Below the pieces are notes generated by a model. It was given only the letters and a program-made list of their open reading frames with translations, searched no databases and was not told where the DNA came from. The translations under genes were made by a program, and so were the position numbers. Positions 10,510 through 20,587 of a stretch of 64,000 nt of DNA are shown one piece after another (the first letter of the stretch is position 1; each line of letters begins with the position of its first letter). Source of the stretch: Candidatus Bathyarchaeota archaeon (lineage in GTDB: Archaea; Thermoproteota; Bathyarchaeia; Bathyarchaeales; Bathycorpusculaceae); contig OY970280.1 of assembly GCA_963715865.1 (NCBI GenBank), positions 1,824,001 through 1,888,000 of the forward strand, written 5' to 3'.

Positions 10510-10565
10510 TTAGGTACGCCGAAATATTTATTAGGTGTGCCTAAACATGTTTTAGGTATGCCTAA
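10510..10565 (+). promoter_or_regulatory. Three DtxR/MntR-type operator palindromes TTAGG-N4-CC(T/G)AA at 21-bp spacing
   Basis: TTAGGTACGCCGAA (10510), TTAGGTGTGCCTAA (10531), TTAGGTATGCCTAA (10552); the third contains the likely ATG (10558). Confidence 0.85.
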
Positions 10566-11305
10566 ATCCGAAGTAACATCAAGCAAAAGCATGCAAGATT
10601 ACCTAAGAGCAATAGCGGCGCTCTCAAACAACGGCGACCCCGTCAACACAACCGAAATCTCCCGATACTTCAAAATTGCGCCAGCAAGCGTAACTGAAAT
10701 GATAAAAAAACTATCCGAAAACGGTTACGTAAAATACTCATCATACCACGGAAGCACCCTCACAGCGAAAGGTGTCAAAGAAGCCCAAAAAATCACCCGC
10801 AAACACAGATTACTTGAAAAATTCCTCTCAGACGTACTGCACATCGGAAAAGATCAAGTCCACACTCAAGCATGCGAAATGGAACACTCGTTATCAGACG
10901 AAGCAGAAGAGTCACTTTGCCGCTTCCTAAAGCATCCTGATACTTGCCCCGACGACGGCAAAATAATTCCTGCCTGCGACTTGCCCTTCACAACATGCGA
11001 GGAATGCATCGCTTTGCATAAGAAAGGCTTAGAAGAAGTGGGAAAACGCCAGCAGAACCTTCAATCGATATGCAATCTTAAATCAGGCGTCAACGCAAAG
11101 GTCTCCTTTATCAGAGGCGAACACAGAATCCTTCAAAGACTTCTTAGACATGGGATTAACTCCTGGAACTCCGATAAAAATCGAAAGAGTCGCCCCGCTA
11201 AAAGGACCCATCGAAGTTTGTGTAAGAGGTTCAAAAGTTGCACTTGGGCAAGACATCGCTGCAAACGTCTTTGTGGAATCAATCCAAAAACCGAACAAGG
11301 CATAA
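10558..11305 (+). CDS. DtxR/MntR-family metal-dependent regulator with C-terminal FeoA domain; +1 frameshift at ~11143-11146
   Basis: QDYLRAI, APASVTEM, RKHRLLEKFL, ACEMEH, CPDDG. The FeoA part DMGLTPGTPIKIERVAPLKGPIEVCVRGSKVALG is in the +1 frame from 11147 and stops at 11305, 6 nt before feoB. The ORF-track 0-frame tail to 11346 has no recognisable homology. Confidence 0.85.
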
Positions 11306-11311
11306 TTAGAT

Positions 11312-13285
11312 ATGTCGTGCCACTCAAATTCATCTTCCAACTTTAAGAAACAGAAAAACAACCAAAAAACCTTAACTATCGCCTTAGCCGGCAACGCCAA
11401 TGTTGGAAAAAGTGTCCTGTTCAATCAACTTACAGGTTCAAGCCAGATAATCGGTAACTGGCCCGGCAAAACGGTGGAGAAAGCCGAAGGCACACTCACA
11501 TTTGAGGGGCAAAAAATCACGGTTATTGATTTGCCCGGCATCTACTCTTTCTCCACGTTCGGTATGGAAGAACTCGTTTCCCGAGAATACATCGCCACTG
11601 AAAACCCCGATGTTGTCATAAACGTGGTTGACGCGGCGGTTTTGGAGCGCAACTTGTTCTTTACCATGCAACTCATCGAGATGGATGTTCCGCTGGTTCT
11701 TTGTCTAAATCAGGTAGATGAAGCGAAGAAAAAAGGCATAACCATCAACCGCAAAAAGCTCGAGCAACTCTTAGGCGTGCCTGTAGTTCCCACAGTAGCC
11801 ATACGCGGAGAAGGAATATACGAACTAACCAAAACCGCCCTCAACGTCACACGCGACCGCCAAAACCACAAGTCCCACCTCAGATACGGCGCCGAGATTG
11901 AACAACGCATAAGCAAACTAGACCAAACCATCCAAAACGCCAACCTAAACCTGAATTACCCCTCGCGCTGGGTCGCCATCAAACTGCTTGAAAATGACCC
12001 AGAAACCAAAAAGTTAGTGGCATCTTCCGAAACTATCAACAAGGCTTCTGAAGATTTGGCTACTGAAATCTCCGCCATCCACCACGAACCCTCATTTGCG
12101 GTCATTGCCTCGGAACGGTATGGTTTGGCGAGCAAGATTGCGAGTGAGGTGCAGCGGCAAACCGAAGTCCGAACCACCATTTCTGACAGAGTGGAGTGGA
12201 TAACTACTCACCGAGTCTTGGGCTATGTTACGTCTGCGGCGGTGATTGCAGGTTTGCTGGTTTGGACATTCAGCATCGGCAGCCTGCTTTCAGGGCTATT
12301 CTCGAAGGGTCTATCGTTTTTTTCGCCTGTTAACCCTGCTTTGAGTGGGTCAATTCAGGGCATACTCTGGAACGGAGTGTGGGGCGGAGTAGTCGCAGGT
12401 TTAACGCTGATTATTCCGTTTGTTGTGCCCTTTTACCTGATGCTTGCCATGATTGAGGACTCAGGCATTCTCACCCGAGTGGCGTTCATGATGGATAGCG
12501 CCATGCATAAAATCGGTCTTCATGGCAAAGCGCTAATTCCCATGATCCTAGGTTACGGCTGCAACGTGCCCGCCATTCGAGCATGCAGAATCATGGAGAC
12601 TAAGCGTGAACGGTTGCTAGCGACGTTTGCTATCACTTTTGCTCCTTGTGCAGCCAGAACAATCGTCATTCTTGGTTTGGTAGCTGTTTTCTTAGGTCCT
12701 TGGTGGGCGTTATCCCTGTATGCCGTAGACATCGCGCTTATTTTCGTTCTTGGAAGAATAGCGTTGAAAGTTGTTCCTGGGCAATCCACGGGACTGATTA
12801 TGGAGATGAGCTCTTTCAAAGTTCCTTCCTTATCTGTGGTTGCTAGGCAAACTTGGTCGCGAACCAAATCTCTGATATACATAGTGTTTCCGCTGTATAT
12901 CGCTGGAAGCGTCGTAGTTCAAGTCTTGTATGCGGTGGGTGTTCTGCAGCAAGTAAGCAACGTGTTATCACCTATCACAGTTTTCTGGCTTGGACTCCCC
13001 GCCATAGCTGGCATACTGCTGATTCTGGGGTTCGTTCGCAAAGAAATGGTATTGCTAGCTGCGGTTGCCATCTTTAGCTCAACCAATCTTGCTTTGTTCT
13101 TTAGTCCGGTTCAACTAGTGACGCTTGCCTTAGTGAACATGATTTATATTCCATGTTTGTCTACGGTTGCTGTGCTGGCGAAGGATTACGGTTGGAAGAC
13201 TGCCGTTGTCATAGCAGTTGCAAACTTTGCCGTTGCGATACTGGTAGGCGGAATAGCTTTCCGTCTCCTCTCGCTAGTTCTATAA
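11312..13285 (+). CDS. feoB: Ferrous iron transport protein B
   Basis: [28 protein letters not shown]-motifs; GYGCNVPA and YIPCLST membrane motifs. Confidence 0.97.
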   Translation: MSCHSNSSSNFKKQKNNQKTLTIALAGNANVGKSVLFNQLTGSSQIIGNWPGKTVEKAEGTLTFEGQKITVIDLPGIYSFSTFGMEELVSREYIATENPDVVINVVDAAVLERNLFFTMQLIEMDVPLVLCLNQVDEAKKKGITINRKKLEQLLGVPVVPTVAIRGEGIYELTKTALNVTRDRQNHKSHLRYGAEIEQRISKLDQTIQNANLNLNYPSRWVAIKLLENDPETKKLVASSETINKASEDLATEISAIHHEPSFAVIASERYGLASKIASEVQRQTEVRTTISDRVEWITTHRVLGYVTSAAVIAGLLVWTFSIGSLLSGLFSKGLSFFSPVNPALSGSIQGILWNGVWGGVVAGLTLIIPFVVPFYLMLAMIEDSGILTRVAFMMDSAMHKIGLHGKALIPMILGYGCNVPAIRACRIMETKRERLLATFAITFAPCAARTIVILGLVAVFLGPWWALSLYAVDIALIFVLGRIALKVVPGQSTGLIMEMSSFKVPSLSVVARQTWSRTKSLIYIVFPLYIAGSVVVQVLYAVGVLQQVSNVLSPITVFWLGLPAIAGILLILGFVRKEMVLLAAVAIFSSTNLALFFSPVQLVTLALVNMIYIPCLSTVAVLAKDYGWKTAVVIAVANFAVAILVGGIAFRLLSLVL

Positions 13286-13327
13286 ACCTGACAACGAAAC
13301 TAGAAGCAAATTGGCGAAGTCTATTGG

Positions 13328-13894
13328 TCAAGCTTTTTTGGTAAAGAAGAAAATCCCGTAATTCTTGTATGGCAGCATCTGCTCAAGGTTGAAATTGACT
13401 GCTTCAATTTCCGCTTTTAACGCTTCTGGATTTTGAACTGGCGCGCCAGGGAAGATGCCCTTCTTTACAACTTCCACAATCGCAAGCTTTCCGCCGGGCT
13501 TCAGAATTCTACCGAACTCTTTTAGAACGGCTTCATTTTCACTGATTTCATGGTAGACTGTTACGAGAAGAATCGTGTCAGCTGAGCCGTCGTCGAGTTG
13601 AAGTTTTTTGCCGTCGCTCTGCAAAAACTGAATATTCTTAACTCCTGCTTTCGCGGCTTTGTTCTGGGCTTTTTTAAGCATCGCGAGTGAAAGGTCAACT
13701 GCAACCACCATTTTGGCTTTCTTTGCCAGTTCTATGGTGTAGAAGCCGGGTCCGCATCCAAAATCCATTATGACATCGTTTGGGTTGATGGCGAGTTTCT
13801 CTATGAGTTCGGAGGGCGGCTGAATCCACCGTCTTATCGGATTATCTAAAAAGAAGGCGCCTGATGCTGAATACGGGTGTCCTTTTTGTGACAT
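13328..13894 (-). CDS. Class I SAM-dependent methyltransferase (UbiE-like)
   Basis: MDFGCGPG, AVDLS, RILKPGG. Confidence 0.9.
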   Translation of the reverse strand: MSQKGHPYSASGAFFLDNPIRRWIQPPSELIEKLAINPNDVIMDFGCGPGFYTIELAKKAKMVVAVDLSLAMLKKAQNKAAKAGVKNIQFLQSDGKKLQLDDGSADTILLVTVYHEISENEAVLKEFGRILKPGGKLAIVEVVKKGIFPGAPVQNPEALKAEIEAVNFNLEQMLPYKNYGIFFFTKKA

Positions 13895-14081
13895 GTTTTC
13901 AACTCTCCGTTAAAGAGACTTTTGCTGGAATTAGCTTTTGTTTATATAAGAATATATGCTTTAGATTTTAAAAGGACCAAAGTTATGTAGTAACTAAAAA
14001 GCAAGTGAGACACGAATATCCTTTGCAAAAACCAAAAAATCAAGGAGCTACTTCTTTTTAGGTGGTTCTTCAAGGAAAAAG

Positions 14082-14420
14082 CTAAGTTGGCTCCTCCGAA
14101 ACGTCCTTTTCTTTGTCTCCGGATTGCTTCTTATTTAGGTGAATTATGAGTTGGTGGTTTTTCTTGACAAGAGCTACATCTTCTTTTTCTATATTGTCTG
14201 CAACTACTTCTCCGTTGTATTTGGCGCGGCTGGGATAGCCTAGTTCTTTTAGTTCGTTTATGAGGAGTTCGCGTAGTTTTTTTAGTTGTTCGCTTGATGT
14301 TTGTGGGTCTCTGGTGAAGCAGAAAGTAATGGTTTTTTTATCAGGGTCATAGTTTGCTCGGGTGCCTTTGCCAAGTTTTTCTACGTGACCCCATATTGTT
14401 TTGTCGCTGGAATCTCTCAT
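14082..14420 (-). CDS. Hypothetical protein downstream of eIF2-alpha
   Basis: 112-aa ORF starting 12 nt after the eIF2-alpha stop on the same strand; no recognisable motif. Confidence 0.55.
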   Translation of the reverse strand: MRDSSDKTIWGHVEKLGKGTRANYDPDKKTITFCFTRDPQTSSEQLKKLRELLINELKELGYPSRAKYNGEVVADNIEKEDVALVKKNHQLIIHLNKKQSGDKEKDVSEEPT

Positions 14421-14432
14421 GTTTTCACCTTG

Positions 14433-15221
14433 CTATTTCTCTCTTTTAAAGGAGCCATGTCCGCCTGCCTTAGTGATGTTTGTGACTACGCTTTGGCTTA
14501 CTTCTTCGAGAAGCTCTTCGGCACGTTTCCAGTTATCAGCTGAGACTTCTATGCTGTATCTGGGAGCGGCGATTACGCAGAATTCGATTTTGGCGTCTTT
14601 AGCTTTTTGTGCTTTCTTGGCGTCGATGAATGCGTCTTGGATGCATTTAACGCCGTTGGGTTTCATGCAACGAATTTCCAGTGTACCCCTGACTTTTACC
14701 ATTTTGAGACGAATGCGTTCTTCTGCAACTTGGGCGAAGGCTTTGGCGATGTCTTCAGGTATGTCGAGTTTGGTTAGTGCTTCTGTGCCTTCTTTGAGTA
14801 CTTTTTCGAAGCCTTCATATAAACCGACTCTTTCTTCAAGGATGACGCCTGCTTTTTGGTAGACTTCATGTATGGGTAAGCCTACTTTTTCTGCTACTGC
14901 ACGCAGGAGTACTTCGCCTTTGCGGTCTTTTTTCCAGGCTTTGATTTTTTCGATTCTTTCGCGTTTTGTAACGCGTCTCAGGGATAAGTCGATGTGGCCT
15001 TTTTCAAGGTCTACTCGGAGAACTTTTAGGACCATTTTTTGTTTTTCGCGAACGAAGTCGTGGACGTTTCTTATTCTGGCGCTGGCGATTTCGGAGATAT
15101 GAAGGAAGCCTCGTTTGTTGTATTCGTCGAGGTTAGCGTAGGCTCCGTAATCCATCACACTCTCTATGGTGGCGATTATGAGGTCGCCAGATTCAGGCCA
15201 TTCAGGTTTATGTTCAGACAT
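14433..15221 (-). CDS. eif2a: Translation initiation factor 2 subunit alpha
   Basis: EWPESGDLIIAT, S1 domain YGAY..LDEY..RGFLHISEIAS, GHIDLSLRRV, AAPRY. Confidence 0.97.
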   Translation of the reverse strand: MSEHKPEWPESGDLIIATIESVMDYGAYANLDEYNKRGFLHISEIASARIRNVHDFVREKQKMVLKVLRVDLEKGHIDLSLRRVTKRERIEKIKAWKKDRKGEVLLRAVAEKVGLPIHEVYQKAGVILEERVGLYEGFEKVLKEGTEALTKLDIPEDIAKAFAQVAEERIRLKMVKVRGTLEIRCMKPNGVKCIQDAFIDAKKAQKAKDAKIEFCVIAAPRYSIEVSADNWKRAEELLEEVSQSVVTNITKAGGHGSFKREK

Positions 15222-15355
15222 TATACATCTACTCTAACTTTTTTACAAGGATTTTACTGCTACAATTGCGACAAAATTTCGATGAATAGAACTTATATTC
15301 TTGAAGAAATAAGGGTATCTGCTCGAAAAGGATGGTTGAAAGGAAATAAACTATT

Positions 15356-15658
15356 CTATTCCTTCTTATCTAATTTGACTATGTAAATTTCTTTGTTGCG
15401 GACTCTGAGCGCTGCATTGAATTTTCTGTCTGGTTTCTTGTTGTATGACTTTACTCTGAATGAGAATGGCGCGTACAATGATCTTACAGTTTTACCCTCA
15501 ACCTCAACCTTGAACATCTTCTCGGGGCTCTCAATAATGTGCTTGAAAACTGCATCATACTCGGGAATCTTGGCGAGTTTTCTTCCTTCAGGTATTTCTT
15601 TCACTGGAGTTGCTTTTGCTACTATTTGCTTATTCTTACTTTTTTCTAGCTTAGACAC
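15356..15658 (-). CDS. Lysine-rich hypothetical protein
   Basis: 100-aa basic ORF with protein-like composition; no family recognised. Confidence 0.55.
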   Translation of the reverse strand: MSKLEKSKNKQIVAKATPVKEIPEGRKLAKIPEYDAVFKHIIESPEKMFKVEVEGKTVRSLYAPFSFRVKSYNKKPDRKFNAALRVRNKEIYIVKLDKKE

Positions 15659-15892
15659 ATGTACTCACACTATATACATGTCAATTATACTATAAAAGAC
15701 TAGCAGTAACATTAGCAGAAATAATTATGGTTAAGTCAACGTAATAATAAATAAAGGGTAATTCAAGTAAGCATTGACTTTTTGAATATTTCTCGCACCA
15801 ATATATGGATTCAGATGATGTATTTTCGGTCGGGGGTTAACATCTAACTAACTTTTATTCGGTGAACACCTTGAGTGCAGCGGCTAAGGGTT

Positions 15893-16051
15893 TTACTCGC
15901 CTTTTGTGTCGTTTCTGTTACATTCTGCTTTTGGTCTGTATTCTCTTTTTCTGGTTCGTTGCTTATGATGCTTTTCGCATTCTTTTATTCTTACAAGCAT
16001 CCAATCTTTTTCTTCGTAAACGCATCCGCAAATCAAAGTTTTAATCGTCAA
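15893..16051 (-). CDS. Small Cys/His-containing basic protein (52 aa); not in ORF track
   Basis: TTG start after GAAGGGTGA: MTIKTLICGCVYEEKDWMLVRIKECEKHHKQRTRKREYRPKAECNRNDTKGE. Confidence 0.45.
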   Translation of the reverse strand: MTIKTLICGCVYEEKDWMLVRIKECEKHHKQRTRKREYRPKAECNRNDTKGE

Positions 16052-16441
16052 GATTGTCACCCTTCAAGCAAACTTACCAGATTCACCAATGTATTAGTCA
16101 CCAATATTCATAATGATTTCTCTCAGAGTTAAACTAAGCGAAACGCGGACTTTATTTGCATGATAATTTCCTAGGAAAGAGAGTCTTAATTTTATTATCG
16201 ATCTTGTGTTTTAGTTCTCAAGGGCTAATTCGAGGGCAAAGAAGAAAGCCTAAAAGGGAAAAGTAGCAACTATTTGGGACTGTTTAGCTTCAGAAAACAC
16301 CTTTGGAGCGCGAAAGAAAAATCGCGCGTCTTTTTGTGGTGTTTTTCAATAAAGAACACGAGTATTTCCCTGATTTGCTCTTAGAAGGGGTAACGTTTTA
16401 GAATGTGTAATGCTTTTGTTTGCTTGGTTGGGGGTGGATAT

Positions 16442-16564
16442 ATGAGCGTGTCGAGTAGAAAAAAGAAGAATACGCAGCTTGAGCATGATAAGAAATTGCA
16501 GCGAGAAAAGGATCTTAAAAAGAAACAGATGCGACAGCAACTTCCTGCTAAAGGAAAGAAATAA
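16442..16564 (+). CDS. Small Lys/Gln-rich protein (40 aa); not in ORF track
   Basis: ATG after GGGGGTGGA: MSVSSRKKKNTQLEHDKKLQREKDLKKKQMRQQLPAKGKK. Confidence 0.5.
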   Translation: MSVSSRKKKNTQLEHDKKLQREKDLKKKQMRQQLPAKGKK

Positions 16565-16648
16565 CGGTTTAAGCATGAAAGGCATAAAACTTCTGTAATT
16601 TTACTTTAAAAGTAACTTGCAGAATGGTTGACGCCGTCTTTTATGCGT

Positions 16649-16811
16649 GATAAATCAGGTTTCAAAGTTGAAAGAAAAAAGAAGCACAATTCTGTAGGGA
16701 GCAATTTTTTCTTCTTCTTGTTAACTGGTTATTATGAAAATCGATTCAGTTGTTGGTCTTAAAGAAGAAGAACACACCCTGCCGTAGAAAAAACACCGTT
16801 TTTCTTCTCCT
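16649..16811. repeat. Non-coding hairpin repeat, copy 1 (blocks A then B)
   Basis: Block A 16649-16765 is about 80% identical by hand alignment to 19056-19171; block B 16763-16811 resembles 18996-19043. Confidence 0.8.
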
Positions 16812-17113
16812 CATTATCGATTGCTTCCATAGCATGGTGATTAGATATCAAGCCTCTTTTGTGGAAGTTACGCTGTCTGTTTTTTGTTTTAGATATTTTC
16901 TCCATTCAAAGATGACTTTTAGTTCTTTCTTGCGCTATAACTCCAAAAAATCCAGGAATGCATCTCTTTTCTTCTTCAGCTCATAATCGCTGTCGGCCAC
17001 GCTCCAGATTTTCTCGAGTGCCAATGCTTTTCGCCCAAGGATTAACATGAAAACAAGCCAAAAAAGCAAACAATATCGCCACCGAGGACCCCCAAAAACG
17101 ATTTACTTATGAA

Positions 17114-17139
17114 GGTGCAGGAGGTGGAATTTGAACCCA
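17114..17139 (-). repeat. att-like copy of tRNA-Leu 3' end
   Basis: GGTGCAGGAGGTGGAATTTGAACCCA matches 22663-22688 at 24/26. Confidence 0.8.
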
Positions 17140-17968
17140 AAACAAAGTGGAGATTATCACCACAATAACCCTCTTTTTTCAGCTTTTCAAAAAGCATCTT
17201 ATTTTGCTAAATACCTACGTCCGGCGGAACATACCCTAACTGGCGATGTCATCCGCGCAATCATCCCTCTTTTTCTTTTGGCTAAAGAAAACTCGGTTAT
17301 AACAAATGTCGCCAAATTTGGGAGCAACCATGAGCGCCATCAAGTTTTCGAAATAATTGCGCTGTTCATGTCAAATTGCGTAGTTCATGTCAAAAATGAA
17401 ATCGGGTTCTTCCGACTCTTGCAGATAGTTTCGGTTGATGGGATAGAATTTAGATAGAAATGATGTCTTTATCCGCTGAACAAATGGGTCTATTGCCGCG
17501 ATTTTGTCCAAGACAAGTTATATCAAACTTATGCTTATCATCAGTTGCAGGTTGGGGAGCACGCTTTAAACGCGATGCATTGAGGCATTGAGCGTGTCAA
17601 TTAAAACAGCGAAAAATTGATACGCGTTCAAGACTTTGCTTCGATGGGCTGGACATTGCAATGTTGCAGTGAGGATATGAGCAGCATGGTCAAAACGGTG
17701 AAAGACTGTGCAGCGACTAAGACATCGCCTCAGTGGACCGCGAACATGTTTAAGGCTCAGACTCAACCTGTGTATCTTCTTAATAATCTTAACTATAGTA
17801 AGTTCTTCTGATTAATCCATAAAAAAGGTGAGGTCACCTACGGGTTGATTCTTTCGTATATTCAAATCGTTCTTTAACAAAAATAACTCCATCCATCTCT
17901 TACTGGAGAAGTTCCCGTTGTTAGCTCATATCATGAAAGGATATATTTGAGAATCTCTCACAGTAATT

Positions 17969-18184
17969 ATGGAAGATAAGTCTATGTGTATGGGAAAAGT
18001 AGTTGTTCGTTGTCCTATATGCAAAAGGCAGATTCAAGTCATTAGACCGGATAGCATTCACTCGTTTTGGTCTACAAATAAACCTGGAAAAGACGAAGGC
18101 ATAGCCAATGTTGTTGAGCAAGTTCTTGAATGCAAAAATCCAGCATGCGCTTCAAAATTTTCGATTTACTGGTACGACAAATAA
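17969..18184 (+). CDS. Small zinc-finger protein
   Basis: CPIC...CKNPAC pair, ends YWYDK. Confidence 0.65.
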   Translation: MEDKSMCMGKVVVRCPICKRQIQVIRPDSIHSFWSTNKPGKDEGIANVVEQVLECKNPACASKFSIYWYDK

Positions 18185-18236
18185 ACACACTGACAAAAAA
18201 TTGCTGACATTATAAGAAAGTGACTAAATTGTTTAG

Positions 18237-18788
18237 TCATGCAGGTTTCAAAGTCTTCTTGAATATTTCTTCTCGCCACTTGCCTTCCCAGCTTGCCCAA
18301 CCAGTCTTCACAAGGCTTTCTCTCAAGTGAGGGTTTTCAGCAACCCACTCCAGAAATGTCCAAAATCGCCTTTTGTCTAGGAGCATTTCCTCGGGCACAC
18401 CTTTTTCAACGCACCATCTAATGTAGCCTCTTTCAACCATCTGCTTAAGTTCGCCTGTGGATTCGACTTTTTGAACTTTGAACCCTCGGCTTTGTAAGTA
18501 CACGGCTACGCTGGACAGCACGTATTCTGAACAAACCTTAAAACAGGTTTCAGCGTCAGGCTGCATTACTGCAACAATCTCGTTGGCAATCTTCACCGCG
18601 TCATCCAAATATTTCTTGTTCTTGAAGTTTGGCGGCTGAAAGGAAGACGTGGGGATTCTGCGCTCCATCACCATGGGTTCGGGAGGCTTGAGCGCGCCAA
18701 CCACCACGCCCAATAAGAGATCGCCCCATCCTGAAGCATCTATCAAAATCGTCTTCCTAGGAAAAAAACAATCCAACGCCAAACTCAA
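18237..18788 (-). CDS. Hypothetical protein, possible RNase H-like fold
   Basis: ILIDASGWGDLLLGVVVGA resembles the first acidic strand of RNase H-like nucleases; fold call is inference. Confidence 0.6.
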   Translation of the reverse strand: MSLALDCFFPRKTILIDASGWGDLLLGVVVGALKPPEPMVMERRIPTSSFQPPNFKNKKYLDDAVKIANEIVAVMQPDAETCFKVCSEYVLSSVAVYLQSRGFKVQKVESTGELKQMVERGYIRWCVEKGVPEEMLLDKRRFWTFLEWVAENPHLRESLVKTGWASWEGKWREEIFKKTLKPA

Positions 18789-18995
18789 TCACCACACTGA
18801 GAAATATTTAAGGGGCATCTGTTTTTCTGTCTTTTGTTTATTGGGCCTTCAATTCAAACAACAGACTTTAATTCTATTTTAGGAGTGCTTGCGCTTTCGC
18901 AAATGTTACTAGGGGAAAGCTTGTTAGATTATTTTGGTGCCTCCTTCTTTTCGTTAGCTGGCTGCTCCGAAAACTGGTTCGGCTCTCGATTGGAA

Positions 18996-19171
18996 AGAAG
19001 AAGAACGGGCTGCCCCGTAGGAAATTGTTGTTTTTCTTCTTCTCTTAGAATATTGGACAAGTCAGGTTTCTAGTTGAAAGAAAAAAGAGCTGCATTTCTG
19101 TGGGGAGCAGTTTTTTCTTCTTCTGCATAACTGGTTGTTATGAGAATCGAGTCAGCCATCGGTCTGAAAGA
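18996..19171. repeat. Non-coding hairpin repeat, copy 2 (blocks B then A)
   Basis: Block B 18996-19043 and block A 19056-19171; matches copy 1 at 16649-16811. Confidence 0.8.
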
Positions 19172-19279
19172 CCCCTATACACCATTGGTTCGGAGTCTGG
19201 ACGGCTCCAAAACTGAATGTTCATGGGTCAAACTTAAATTATACACCTCCCTAAGGCATAAAGCAAAAGAGTAGTATTC

Positions 19280-20449
19280 ATGAGACGGATTCCAACACAG
19301 TTCTTTACTCCAGTATGCAGAAACCCCGAACTCTTGAAGAGCTTCATTAGAGGTTCATACAGAGAGTTTGTTAAATCAAAACTAGATTACCGAAATGAAG
19401 ACGGAAGCAGCTCTGCCCTTTGGTTGCTGAGCCTAAGAATTACGCATCGCTGTAATCACAGATGCGCAATCTGTGCACAATGGGGACAAAACGGATACAA
19501 CGCAAGAGAAGATACACCAAAAGTTACCGGAGAAGTCCCAGTTGAAATTTACAAAAAAGTAATAGACGAAGTCGCCCCAAAAAAAGTTCATGTTTACATA
19601 ACGGGCGGAGAACCCTTTCTCTACGAACCACTGGTCCCCCTTGTTAACTACATGAAACAAAAAGCACTAACGGTTCAAGTAGTAACAAATGGGGTCGGAT
19701 TAGAAAAAAACGCTGAAACCATAGTTGAAAACGGATGGGACATGATTTGCGTCTCCTTCGATGGCCCAAGAGAAATTCACGACAAATGCCGAGGCGTCCC
19801 AGGCGCATTAGATACAGCGACCAAAGGAATAATGGCGATCCAAAAAATAAAGAAACAGAAAAAAAAGAAAAAACCTGCCATCTTCATTATCACAACAATC
19901 TCCAAGAACAACGAATCCTCATTAGTTGACACCGTGAAAGAAGCAGAAAAACTAAGCCCTGACGGCATGACAATCTACTACTCATGGTTCACCCAAGAAT
20001 GGATAGGACAAAAACACACAAAAATAGCAAATGAACTGCTAGGCATAACACCTTTCGCATGGAAAGGCTACGTCCGCGACACCACAAAATTGGACATAGA
20101 CAAAATTGCAGAACAAGTGCAAAAAATAAAATCTAAAAAATCCACCACACCCATTCTGTTTGTACCCGACCTCAAACTAGAGGAGATCCGAACGTACTAT
20201 ACTGAACCCGAAAATTTCTTCGGATACAAAAAATGTGTTTCACCCTGGTTCCAATTAGACGTAATGCCAAACGGAGACACCGTCACATGCAGAGACTTTC
20301 CAGACTTCGTTACAGGAAACATCAAAGAATCAAATATCCTCGAAATATACAATAACGAAAAACACTGCAAATTCAGACGAGCCCTAAGAAGCTGTGACAA
20401 TGGAGTTTTTCCAATATGCTCTCGATGCTGCGGCTTGATGGGGTATTAA
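19280..20449 (+). CDS. Radical SAM protein with SPASM/twitch domain
   Basis: CNHRCAIC, ITGGEPFL, VTNG, SFDG, CVSPW...MPNGDTVTC...GNI...CSRCC. Confidence 0.92.
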   Translation: MRRIPTQFFTPVCRNPELLKSFIRGSYREFVKSKLDYRNEDGSSSALWLLSLRITHRCNHRCAICAQWGQNGYNAREDTPKVTGEVPVEIYKKVIDEVAPKKVHVYITGGEPFLYEPLVPLVNYMKQKALTVQVVTNGVGLEKNAETIVENGWDMICVSFDGPREIHDKCRGVPGALDTATKGIMAIQKIKKQKKKKKPAIFIITTISKNNESSLVDTVKEAEKLSPDGMTIYYSWFTQEWIGQKHTKIANELLGITPFAWKGYVRDTTKLDIDKIAEQVQKIKSKKSTTPILFVPDLKLEEIRTYYTEPENFFGYKKCVSPWFQLDVMPNGDTVTCRDFPDFVTGNIKESNILEIYNNEKHCKFRRALRSCDNGVFPICSRCCGLMGY

Positions 20450-20587
20450 AAACGCTTTTCCCCTACGAGGAGAACACATTTGAAAGACCCATCAATTACC
20501 GATTCACCAAAAAAAGATGCCAACAACAAGCAACCAAAACTGTTCTATTCAACCAAAGACAAAAAGGTCATCAACTAGAAAAATAGG

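Noticed and set aside
11147-11346. ORF-track C-terminal tail RHGINSWNSDK... of the DtxR protein
   Set aside because: It has no recognisable homology and overlaps feoB by 35 nt, whereas the +1 frame gives a canonical FeoA domain.
17131-17457. 108-aa + strand ORF
   Set aside because: It starts inside the att repeat and has no motif. The minus strand holds a stop-interrupted protein-like frame instead, too degraded to name.
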